Assembly: GCA_951406725.2 (NCBI GenBank)
Contig: OX597837.1
Location: 34,348,001-34,412,000, forward strand
Direction: 5' to 3'
DNA length: 64,000 nt
Source of the DNA: Octopus vulgaris
Lineage: Eukaryota
A program made the position numbers and the translations under genes. Below are positions 56,101-64,000 of this stretch, one piece after another. How positions within the stretch are numbered: position 1 is the first letter of the stretch; each line of letters opens with the position of its first letter. The notes under the pieces were generated by a model. That model was given only the letters and a program-made list of their open reading frames with translations, did not search any database and was not told the DNA's origin.

Positions 56101-57797
56101 TCAAGGAAGTGACCTCCCAGCATGGCTGCTATTCAATGACTGAAATTAACAAAAAGCAAAAAGATAATTTATCTTGTACGGTATTTGATATACTTTTATC
56201 CAACCTTCCTATCCAGGAGTTCAACACCAACAACCTGTCACCTGTCAAATCATCTCAGGACGTCTTTAATTCCGACTTACCTGGAAAAAAGCACTTGCCC
56301 CTTCCAGCTGTTGGCAAAGTGCTGGCAGCAAATGGATGGTTTTCTTTGCAACATCTTCTGGACTTTTCTGGTTGAGTAAAGTGAATCCAATGTTTTTATT
56401 TCCTGTGTCCTGCAAAGAATAACAATATATAAGTCTTATTTCTTTACTGCCCACAAGAGACTAAACACAGAGGGGGCCAAACAAGGACAGACAAATGGAT
56501 TAAGTTGATTACATCGACCCCAGTGCGTAACTGGTACTTAATTTATCGGTCCCGAAAGGATGAAAGGTAAAGTCGACCTCGGCGGAATTTGAACTCAGAA
56601 TGCAGCGGCGGATGAAATACCACAAAGCATTTCGCCTGGCATGCTAACGTTTCTGCCAGCTCACCATTCATTTCTTTCCTTTCACTCACCAAACACAGAA
56701 ACCCTAAAAAAGGGCTCAATAGGGAGGGAGTGGAGAATGGTTCCCCACCTCTCAAAAAGTCATTAAAAAATTTAAAAAAAAGACATCTAAAGTTACTTCA
56801 AATTAAAAATTAAACAAAATCAACACATAGCAATAAAAAAAATTAAACATGAAAACATATTTACAGAAATCGAATGAAATTCCATTTCCTTTGATCTTAT
56901 ATTTGTATTTTATGTATTTTATTTATTTTTGTTATTTACCTTACTGAAAAATATCTTCTTTGGTTGTGAGGCTTGGAACGCATGTTGGAGTTTATGAGTG
57001 AGGTCCTTCAGCAAGAATTCCACCTGTGGAGGTTCAATCTTCACTTCCCTCTGGGTCTTCAGGAAAAGGAGAAAAACAAACAAACATAATAATAATAATA
57101 ATTATAATAATAATAATCCTTTCTACTAAAGGCACAAGGCCTGAAATTTTGCGGGAGGGGACAAGTTGATCACATCAACCCCAGTGCATCACTGGTACTT
57201 AATTTATTGACCCTGAAAGTTTGAAAGCATTTTGCCTGGCGTGCTAATGATTCTGCCAGCTCAGCACCTTAATAATAATAATAATAATAATAATAGAGAA
57301 TGATGAGATGATTTCAAGCAGTGACATATTTTGGGAGAAGGAATAATCATTTATACTGACCTCCCTTCCCCAGTATATGACTGGTATTTTATTGTAAAGA
57401 AAAAAAAAAGAAAAAAACTGACACATTATTCAATCATTATTAGTTGTAGTCTTTATTGACTTGAGTGTAAGAGAGAGGAGAGTAAGAGATAGAGTAGTAG
57501 AGAGAAAGTGAAAGTGAAAGAGGGAGAAGAAAAGAGAGAGAGAGACAGGCAAGAAAGAGAGTGCGGGTGAGAAAGAGAAATACAGAATGATAGAGAGAGA
57601 GAGAAAGGGAAGAGAGAGAGGGAGGGAGGAAAAGAGAGAGAGAGAGGGAGGGAGGAAGAGAGAGAAAGGGAAGAGAGAGAGAGGGAGGGAGGAAGAGAGA
57701 GAGAGAGAGGAGGGAGGGAGGAAGAGAGAGAGAAAGGGAAGAGAGAGGGGGAGGGAGGAAGAGAGAGAGAGAGGGAGGGAGGAAGAGAAAGAGAGAA

Positions 57798-57848
<51 letters not shown>

Positions 57849-58410
57849 AAGGGAAGAGAGAGGGGGAGGGAGGAAGAGAGAGAGAGAAAAGGAAGAGAGA
57901 GAGAGAGATGTGAAAGTAAGACAAACCTCTGTGTTCATTTGGGAATCAAGATCTTTACTCGTGATTTTGCCAACCAACAGAATGTCTAAAACATCAATCG
58001 TTAATTCTCTGGTAATTAGATAAAAAAAAAAACAAAAACTAAATAAATATAAACGTATATCAATTTCCTTGGCTCGTTAGTTTTTTTTTTTTTACTTCAT
58101 TTTTGTGCTCTCTCTCTCTCTCTTTCTCTCATCATTATCATCATCGTCGTTTAATGTATGCTTTCCATGCTGGCATGGGTTGGATGGTTTGACTGAGGGC
58201 TGGTGAGCCAGGAGGCTGCACCAGGCTCCAGTCTGATCTGGCAAAGTTTCTACAGCTGGATGCCCTTCCTAATGCCAACCATTCCGAGAGTGTTAGTGGG
58301 TGCTTTTTATGTGACAATGGCATGAGAGCCAGTCAGGCGGCACTGGCAATGATCACGCTTTAATGGTCCTTTTTATGTGCCACACTGGTATGGGTGCCAA
58401 TCAGGCAGTA

Positions 58411-58453
<43 letters not shown>

Positions 58454-59327
58454 AAAGCAGGATATATAAAAGACTTCACCCTTGGAGTGGTTGGCACTAG
58501 GAAGGGGATACAATTGTAGAAACCCTGCCAGATCAGACTGGAACCTGGTGCAGTTCTCTGATTTACCAGTTCCGGTTAAGCCATCTAACACATGCCAGCA
58601 TGTAAAACAGATCCCAAATGATGATGATGATGATCTATATATACATATAGACACACAAACTTACACACACACACACATATGTAAATATGTATCTATCATC
58701 ATTTTCCTTCACTCAGAGAGAAATAATTAAACTTGCCCTCATCATCATTTAACGTCCGTTCTCCATGCTAGCATGGGTTGGACGGTTCGACTGGGGATCT
58801 GGGAAGCCAGAAGGCTGCACCAGGCTCCGGTCTTATCTGGCAATGTTTCTACAGCTGGATGCCCTTCCTAACGCCAACCACTCCGTGAGTGTAGTGGGTG
58901 CTTTTTACGTGCCACCTGCACAGGTGCCAGGCGAGGCTGGCATCGGCCACGGTCGGATTGGTGCATTTTACGTGCCACCTGCACGGAAGCCAGTTGAGGC
59001 GGCACTGGCTTCGGCCTTAAAATCTAGCGTTCCCATGCCGGGAATCGAACCCGGGCCGCCTGGGTGAAAGCCAGGAATCCTAACCACTAGACCACATGTT
59101 TATATATATTTACCACGTTCTTTACAGAGTGAGGTTGACTTAGCACATAGTTTCAAACAGACTAAATATATTATGAACTCTTTAAATAACAAAGGTAAAA
59201 AATCCAGGTGAAAAAGAAAAGAAACATACCTGAAATACTGGTGATAGCTAAGAAGGTCAACAGTATTCGGGGTACCTTCTTTACCTTCTTTGCTGGCGTC
59301 CTGTGAACCCGACCCTGAAGTATTTTC
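29349..59327 (-). CDS. FANCD2: Fanconi anemia group D2 protein, 3' part (16 exons, 1731 nt, about 576 aa); 5' part not in window
   Basis: Manual splicing gives a continuous frame with GT-AG borders and matching phases. Peptides such as GRMFVDAFTLQAMPLLD...LHHICNHSK and KRSLEQLMCRVKVMLSMNKCEEGYMIGVLKNRNL match human FANCD2 as I recall it (GRLFVEAFLKQCMPLLD...[43 protein letters not shown]). Confidence 0.95.
31550..31886 (-). mobile_element. tRNA-derived SINE family D
   Basis: Minus-strand head GGCACATGGCTCAGTGGTTAGAGCG...TCGAATCCC; related copies at about 15517-15810 (+) and 60575-60882 (-). Confidence 0.8.
33714..33827 (-). CDS. FANCD2: FANCD2 exon (GDEIPSQVAEESRVVEEDTKEDSPEEEEESDEDKVSDV)
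   Basis: TTCAG acceptor; GDEIPSQ matches human GEEIKSQ. Donor taken as GTTAGT; other in-frame GTs exist, so the 3' border is less certain. Confidence 0.8.
34819..34965 (-). CDS. FANCD2: FANCD2 exon (IVKSVCLTNQIPCVKRSLEQLMCRVKVMLSMNKCEEGYMIGVLKNRNLM)
   Basis: TACAG / GTTTGT, 147 nt; conserved G.LKNR.L motif. Confidence 0.95.
35712..35861 (-). CDS. FANCD2: FANCD2 exon (AGRMFVDAFTLQAMPLLDIMYRSQHENIHGLLKSMQLSTRSLHHICNHSK)
   Basis: TTCCAG / GTAACT, 150 nt; strong similarity to the human FANCD2 C-terminal region. Confidence 0.95.
37645..37683 (-). CDS. FANCD2: Duplicate 39-nt FANCD2 exon (KFYGFPNLGTSLK); possible alternative exon or pseudo-exon
   Basis: Intact TTTCAG acceptor and GTAGGG donor, open frame, 5 of 39 nt differ from the 38111-38149 copy. 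Confidence 0.35.
38111..38149 (-). CDS. FANCD2: FANCD2 39-nt exon (KFDGLPNLGTALK), first copy of a tandem exon array
   Basis: TTTCAG / GTAGGG, phase 0-0; fills exactly the 13-aa gap occupied by VFDSHPVLHVCLK in human. Confidence 0.85.
39502..39573 (-). CDS. FANCD2: FANCD2 exon (AKNDKILQWNLAVRIFQILTTLIK)
   Basis: TTTTAG / GTAATT, 72 nt; resembles human [22 protein letters not shown]. Confidence 0.93.
39645..40052 (+). mobile_element. tRNA-derived SINE family A (CORE-like), representative copy
   Basis: Head GGAGTGGCTGTGTGGTAAG...GGTTCAGTCCC, CCTTGGGCAAGT-like core, central (TA)/(TG) tract, tail ACTGAAACAAGTAAAAGAG. Other copies at about 6340(-), 17820(+), 19660(+), 20520(+), 21076(+), 23083(+), 24390(+), 26180(+), 32393(-), 33253(-), 43991(+), 51594(-), 53471(+), 55325(-). 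Confidence 0.9.
40064..40285. mobile_element. piggyBac-like MITE, copy 1
   Basis: TTAA|CCCTTTCGTTA...TAACGAAAGGG|TTAA. Confidence 0.8.
40414..40633. mobile_element. piggyBac-like MITE, copy 2
   Basis: TTAA|CCCTTTTGTTA...ATCGAAAGGG|TTAA; highly similar to copy 1. Confidence 0.8.
43648..43741 (-). CDS. FANCD2: FANCD2 exon (SSFSMFYRVLFNQLVITVKKLLTGKKMESLE)
   Basis: TTGCAG / GTAAGT, 94 nt; resembles human [21 protein letters not shown]. Confidence 0.92.
48691..48810 (-). CDS. FANCD2: FANCD2 exon (CYLSYSPSPLDAIEKLCSDAIPQLLNADDNTSEMYPSLTT)
   Basis: TACAG / GTAAGT, 120 nt; resembles human IYLEHTESILKAIEEI...VPELIN...FPTLTR. Confidence 0.92.
48923..50491 (+). mobile_element. Decayed Tc1-like DNA transposon with DD36E spacing, interrupted by a SINE (~49580-49870)
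   Basis: 27-bp identical TIR cores (48926-48952, 50462-50488). Transposase starts MTDLSDFQRGQIVGARMAG at 49108, has frameshifts, a DES motif near 49553, and a C-terminal ORF 49894-50439 with HGGGSVM, FQDDNAPIH and WPPQFPDLGIIEHLW. Confidence 0.92.
51257..51356 (-). CDS. FANCD2: FANCD2 exon (AELAESFLHRAWLTPTGAREKGATFNKHVQKILK)
   Basis: TCCAG / GTAAGT, 100 nt; resembles human ASLARQFLCRVWPSGDKEK. Confidence 0.92.
52560..52684 (-). CDS. FANCD2: FANCD2 exon (LAIEYLQNFSDTSPNVQTAVKLVEILITLVEKGAPEYCHKP)
   Basis: TTTAG / GTAAGC, 125 nt; resembles human [25 protein letters not shown]. Confidence 0.92.
54009..54122 (-). CDS. FANCD2: FANCD2 exon (KDIDSPKNTKLFNSALSILATRINPSDSTCLPQQQSI)
   Basis: TTCCAG / GTGAGT, 114 nt, phase 2-2; resembles human PENQNLLYSALHVLSSRL. 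Confidence 0.9.
54944..55062 (-). CDS. FANCD2: FANCD2 exon (ALIASNDGIMDSLCQQTNEVSCVVACFQLLLEVFHSLFSW)
   Basis: TTTCAG / GTAAAT, 119 nt; resembles human CYQRLLQIFHGLFAW. Confidence 0.93.
56281..56409 (-). CDS. FANCD2: FANCD2 exon (DTGNKNIGFTLLNQKSPEDVAKKTIHLLPALCQQLEGASAFFQ)
   Basis: TTGCAG / GTAAGT, 129 nt; resembles human GSRNIGFSHLQQRSAQE...MCNHLENIHNYFQ. Confidence 0.93.
56940..57056 (-). CDS. FANCD2: FANCD2 exon (TQREVKIEPPQVEFLLKDLTHKLQHAFQASQPKKIFFSK)
   Basis: 117 nt, phase 0-0, GTAAAT donor; resembles human PPELLFLLEDLSQKLE. The acceptor could instead be the CAG 6 nt further in. Confidence 0.9.
57927..58008 (-). CDS. FANCD2: FANCD2 exon (ELTIDVLDILLVGKITSKDLDSQMNTE)
   Basis: CCAG acceptor, GTTTGT donor, 82 nt; resembles human [27 protein letters not shown]. 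Confidence 0.9.
59030..59101 (-). pseudogene. tRNA-Glu(TTC) copy with damaged 5' acceptor stem
   Basis: Minus strand CATGTGGTCTAGTGGTTAGGATTCCTGGCTTTCACCCAGGCGGCCCGGGTTCGATTCCCGGCATGGGAA has intact D, anticodon and T arms. The expected 5' TCC is AAA, so only 4 of 7 acceptor pairs form. Confidence 0.85.
59230..59327 (-). CDS. FANCD2: FANCD2 exon (ENTSGSGSQDASKEGKEGTPNTVDLLSYHQYFR)
   Basis: CTGCAG acceptor, AG|GTATG donor, 98 nt, ends phase 2; YFR joins ELTID of the next exon (human FFRELDI). Confidence 0.8.
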
Positions 59328-59847
59328 CTGCAGCAAAATAAACAATAAATTTGTATCCAGGAGATGAAACTATACCAGTTTGGAATAGTTTTCCACTATT
59401 ATAAGGTACAAGGGTGCACTGTCTGTGTACCATAAGGTGCTTTGGAATTTATAACATGTACCCACAATATACCATGTATATATATGCATATATATATATA
59501 TATATAGTAGAAATATGTTACGAAAAGAAAATATAAAATACACGTGGAAATGTAAGGGTAAAATATGAAAAATCAACGAAAATGCATATTGCAAATAGAA
59601 AAAGGCTATAGAAAAGGTTAATATGTGTTGTTCAAACGATGAATAGCTCCGCGTAAACCCTTGGTTCGTTTTGTTCTCTTACTCTATTATCATCTTATTA
59701 TCATCTCATAATAATGACCTTTATGACTCGTATTACTACCTCAATCAATCTAAACGTATATAATTGTCGCTACCTGTCGTAAATAGCCTTTTTCTATTTG
59801 CAATATGCATTTTCGTTGATTTTTCATATTTTACCCATATATATATA

Positions 59848-60298
59848 TCATCATCATCATCATCATTTAACGTCCGCTTTCCATGCTAGCATGGGTTGGA
59901 CGGTTCAACTGGGGTCTGGGGAGCCCGAAGGCTGCACCAGGCCAGTCAGATCTGGCAGTGTTTCTACAGCTGGATGCCCTTCCTAACGCCAACCACTCCG
60001 AGAGTGTAGTGGGTGATTTTATGTGCCACTGACACAGGTGCCAGACGAGGCTGGCGAACGGCCACGCTCGGATGGTGTTTTTTTTTTATGTGCCACCGAC
60101 ACAGGTGCCAGACGAGGCTGGCAGACAGCCACTCTTGGATGGTGTTTTTATGTGCCACCGACACAGGTGCCAGATGAGGCTGGCGAACGGCCACGATCGG
60201 ATGGTGTTTGTTATGTGCCCACAGCACGGAGGCCAGTCGATGCGGTACTGGCTACGGCCACGTTCGGATGGTTTTCTTGCATGCCACCGGCACTGGTA
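59848..60298 (-). mobile_element. SINE-like family C with (GAT)n tail and internal ~60-bp tandem repeats
   Basis: GGTTGGCGTTAGGAAGGGCATCCAGCTGTAGAAAC...CCAACCCATGCTAGCATGG...(GAT)n. Other copies at about 29570, 31140, 32910, 36200, 41615, 41840-42205, 47080, 54430, 58137, 58480, 58741. Confidence 0.8.
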
Positions 60299-60521
60299 CC
60301 ACAAAGATACATATATATATATATATAGTTGAAATTTACAAAAAAATAAACAAAAGATGAAGACAGGTGTGTAAACAACAAACAGGTGTACTAGTTTAAC
60401 GCTCATCAACAGAAATAAACAGGGAGAGAAAATAAAAAAAGGTTTAGTGGCTAATACATACATACATATATATATATGTGTGTGTGTGTGTGTGTATGTA
60501 TGTGTTATCTTACCGTTTTTA

Positions 60522-60563
<42 letters not shown>

Positions 60564-60974
60564 TATAAAGGGTAAAGACCCCCTTCGGTCATGAATGACC
60601 ATGGGATTGCACCTAGAAAGTTACCCTCCTAGACACAAGTCCGGGCAAGGTTGTTTATGGAAAAACCAGCAGTCGCCCATGCATACCAGCCTCCCCTCTC
60701 CACGCCACCAGTGTTATCCAAGGGAAAGGCAAAGGGGCCGATACAGCTTGGCACCAGTGACGTCGCAACTCATTTCTACAGCTGAGTGAACTGGAGCAAC
60801 GTGAAATAAAGTGCCTTGCTCAAGAACACAACACGCAGCCTGGTCCGGGATTCAAGCTCACAACCTCACGATCGTAAGCTCGAAATATATATATATATAT
60901 ATATAAATTGATCAAAATAAAGACATGATGCCAATTGATCACCCCGAATAATTATCAAGTACTCACCCCGAATT

Positions 60975-61015
<41 letters not shown>

Positions 61016-62204
61016 GAGAGAGAAAGAGAGAGAGAGGTATTGGTATCAAGAAGACCCAAGGTGGCAGGTAAGGCTATGTAAGTGCTATGGCAGGACTGTA
61101 GTTAGACTCTCAGTTCGATAATAATACGAGTGACGAGTCTAATGCAGGTCTTGTGAGAGCATCTATATGTTGAATAAAATGGGACAATGAAACCAAGGCT
61201 GTGTGGAGTTTGTAGGACATTTATAAAGAGAAAGGTAGTCATACAGCCGTTTAAGGGATATGAGGGATATCCCTTCATCGGAGACGATATGAGGGAGTTA
61301 ACTAGAGGGAAATAGTAGGGTTCAATATAAGGAGTTGTTTTGGAAATGGATGGATAAAGTATAAAAGGAAATAAGAGAATAAAAATAAAATTAAAAATAT
61401 ATGTAGCACTTTCCTTGGATAAGGGAACTGCAACATCCAACATATTTTTATTCTCTCATTTCCCCTTATACTGTCTATATCCATCCTTTTCCAAAATAGC
61501 TCCTTATATTGAACTCTACTATTTCCCTCTAGTTAATTCTCTCACATCATCTCTGATGAAGAGATATCTCTTATTATAAAAGGCAGATTTTATCTGCCTC
61601 CCTTTGGGAGTTATACAAATCTACAATATAGGATTTCTTCAATTACAATTTACCTAGCAGTTTTGAGAGTACAATGCATCGCGTCATGCCAGGTCCACTT
61701 TTTAAAATTTAAACTCCAATTAAGCAAAATTTACAGAAAACTCACATTCTGGTGTGTGTGTCAAATGCTTTTCTTAGTCTGGTTTACACCACACGCAAAC
61801 GCACACACACAGTGGGCAACGAATAAAATGAAAGTAAATAGCGACAGAGAGATTTGAGGAAGACTAAAGTGAAAGTATTCTGTCCATGACGCTGATAGAT
61901 ACATGAGTAAAATGTATGGGAAGCTAAGAGCTAAGAGTGAGTGAAAATGTTCTTGGAAGAGAGTAATTAGTAATAAAGTAAACATACACACATACATACA
62001 TACATACATACATACACATACATACACATACATACATACATACATACATACATACATACATACATACATACACACACACACATACACACACACACAGTAT
62101 TGAAGCTTGAGAACAATCAGATACATTTGCAACACATCTGTTGAAAATATTATTGTTCACACACATACATATACATATATACATACAGACAGACAGACAG
62201 ATAG

Positions 62205-62235
<31 letters not shown>

Positions 62236-62294
62236 ATCCAGCATGGCCACAACCTCAAGGCTGAAACATATAAAAGAATAACAGAATATAAATG

Positions 62295-62645
62295 TGTGCA
62301 AAGTACAAGAAATATTAATGCAGTATATGGGGATTGGACAATAAGCGTAAGGCAGTGTCAATGGTGGTTCCAGAAATCCCGAGCCATAAACTACAGCCTA
62401 GAAGACGAGCCTCATCCTGAAAGATCTGTAGAACTCGACAAGGGCATCCTGAAAACCCTGGTGGAACAAAATATCATCGTAACTGTTGAGGAACTAGCAG
62501 AGAAGCTTGGATTTGGTCATTCAACCATTCATTGACACCTGTGTGCTATCGGAAAAGTCAGCAAATTGGGTCAATGGGTTCCTCACGAACTTTCCGAGTC
62601 TAATTGCATGCAGAGAGTGAATGTATGCTTTTCTTTGCTGTCATA
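62295..62645 (+). pseudogene. mariner transposase N-terminal fragment
   Basis: RNINAVYG...QCQWWFQK...SLEDEP...VEELAEKLG, an in-frame stop, then KLGQWVPHEL (mariner WVPHEL motif). Confidence 0.88.
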
Positions 62646-62670
62646 TCTCACCACTACTGCGCTATATATA

Positions 62671-63298
62671 TCTATATATATAAAACTGTAGTTGTGTGAG
62701 TGTCTGTCCCCTTCGATTTAGATTCCTAACTACTCCCACATTTTGCGGTACAGTTTAACCAAATTCGGGTAGCTTATAGTCGTGATTCATATCGAGCCCG
62801 TCTGAATATTAGTGCGCGTCTACGATGAGTCTACGATTTTAAAAATAATTTAACATCATTTTTTATTCCATTTTAATGCATAATTTTTCGTGTGTCGATG
62901 GCGGCGGAGTTGGCGTCTACGCTCACACCTGCACCTGTGGGGAAGGGAGTGTAAGGAAATCAACGTCGTAATGCGTTGTCAAGGAGACCAGTGTTCTTTT
63001 AGAACAACGACTTCATGGTTTGAAGACACCAAAACAGAAATAGCTAAGAAAGCGTCTACATGAGTCTACGATTTAAAAAAAAATTTACCATCGTTTTTTT
63101 TTCCATTTTAATGCATTTTTTCGCTATTATATAAGGGAAGTAACTCTCTAAAAATGTCTACGATGAGTCAACGATTTAAAAAAAAATTTACCATCATATT
63201 TTTTCCATTTTTAATGCATTTTTTGGCTATAACTCTCTAAAAATGCTTATATAGTTATTTCCCTTACAAACCCGAGCAACGCCGGGCGATACTGCTAG
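62671..63298 (+). mobile_element. Non-autonomous Helitron
   Basis: 5' TCTATATATATAAAA; 3' hairpin CCCGAGCAACGCCGGG followed by CTAG; inserted between A and T. Confidence 0.8.
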
Positions 63299-63487
63299 TC
63301 CCTAATATCCCAGAAACCTTTCTCTTTATAAATGCCCTATAAATTCCACACAGCCTTGGCTTCATTGTCTTATTATATTTAACATTATATATATACATAT
63401 AACAGTGTAGCTAGCAGAGGAGATAAAACAAACTTCGCTATTCTGTTGTTATAATGTACTTTGATGTACCATTCATTTATCTTAATA

Positions 63488-63778
63488 CAGTGCTACTCAA
63501 AGTGGTGGTCTGTGACCAATGTCAGTCCACAAGCCATCAGCTGCTGGTACCTGGAGAGTTTCCAGAAAAGAAAGAAACCTTATCAAATGCTTATGTAATA
63601 TTGTATTATTTGTTTACAAAATAAATATAAGATAGAAAAAAATTGTCAACTTTTATTATAATCATTATATATATTGTTTCCGGTATAAATTAATATTACA
63701 AAGAAATATTACTGGTCCCTGGTACATTGGCAAAACAAAAATGCCAGTATGTCACATCAGGTAGTTTGAGAAGCACTG
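63488..63778. mobile_element. hAT-type MITE
   Basis: CAGTGCTACTCAAA...TTTGAGAAGCACTG ends; flanks TCTTAATA / GCTTAATG match at 6 of 8. Confidence 0.75.
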
Positions 63779-64000
63779 GCTTAATGTACAGTCTGTCTTG
63801 GAATATAAAATGTGTTGTTACTGCATAAAAAGCACCTGTGCTGGCACTGTGTAAAAAGTAACATGTGCCAGAGTCCCATAAAAAACAGCTGTGTTGGTCC
63901 TACATAAAAGAGACCCCATAATGGCACCACATAAAAGAGCATCCATGCCAGCATCTTGTGAAAAGCACCCAGTACATTCTGTGAAATGGTTGGTATTAGG

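Noticed and set aside
59330-64000. Further upstream FANCD2 exons
   Set aside because: I found no splice-bounded frame with recognisable similarity; the region is mostly repeats, though a short divergent exon could be missed.

Overview
Eukaryotic, AT-rich and extremely repeat-dense DNA. The SINE families and microsatellite load point to a cephalopod, most likely Octopus (inference from recognised repeat families). The only host gene I can support is the 3' part of FANCD2 on the minus strand. I reconstructed 16 GT-AG exons by hand, from 59327 down to a stop at 29349. They splice in consistent phase into about 576 codons that align by eye with the C-terminal part of human FANCD2; the upstream exons lie outside the window or were not found. 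The first ~29 kb has no recognisable host exons: it is microsatellites, SINEs, and decayed RTE-type LINE, Penelope, Helitron and MITE copies. The most striking observation is at 37.6-38.15 kb. There the 39-nt FANCD2 exon has been amplified, with both of its splice sites, into a six-copy ~90-bp tandem array: two 39-nt exons, three 21-nt in-frame microexons and one 19-nt frameshifting copy, separated by 69-nt GT-AG spacers. Other notable items are a MITE carrying the first AATAAA of the FANCD2 3' UTR, a decayed DD36E Tc1-like transposon, a 5'-damaged tRNA-Glu copy beside an exon, and a foldback element with a 6-bp target duplication. Almost all ORFs in the supplied track are microsatellite or SINE artefacts.
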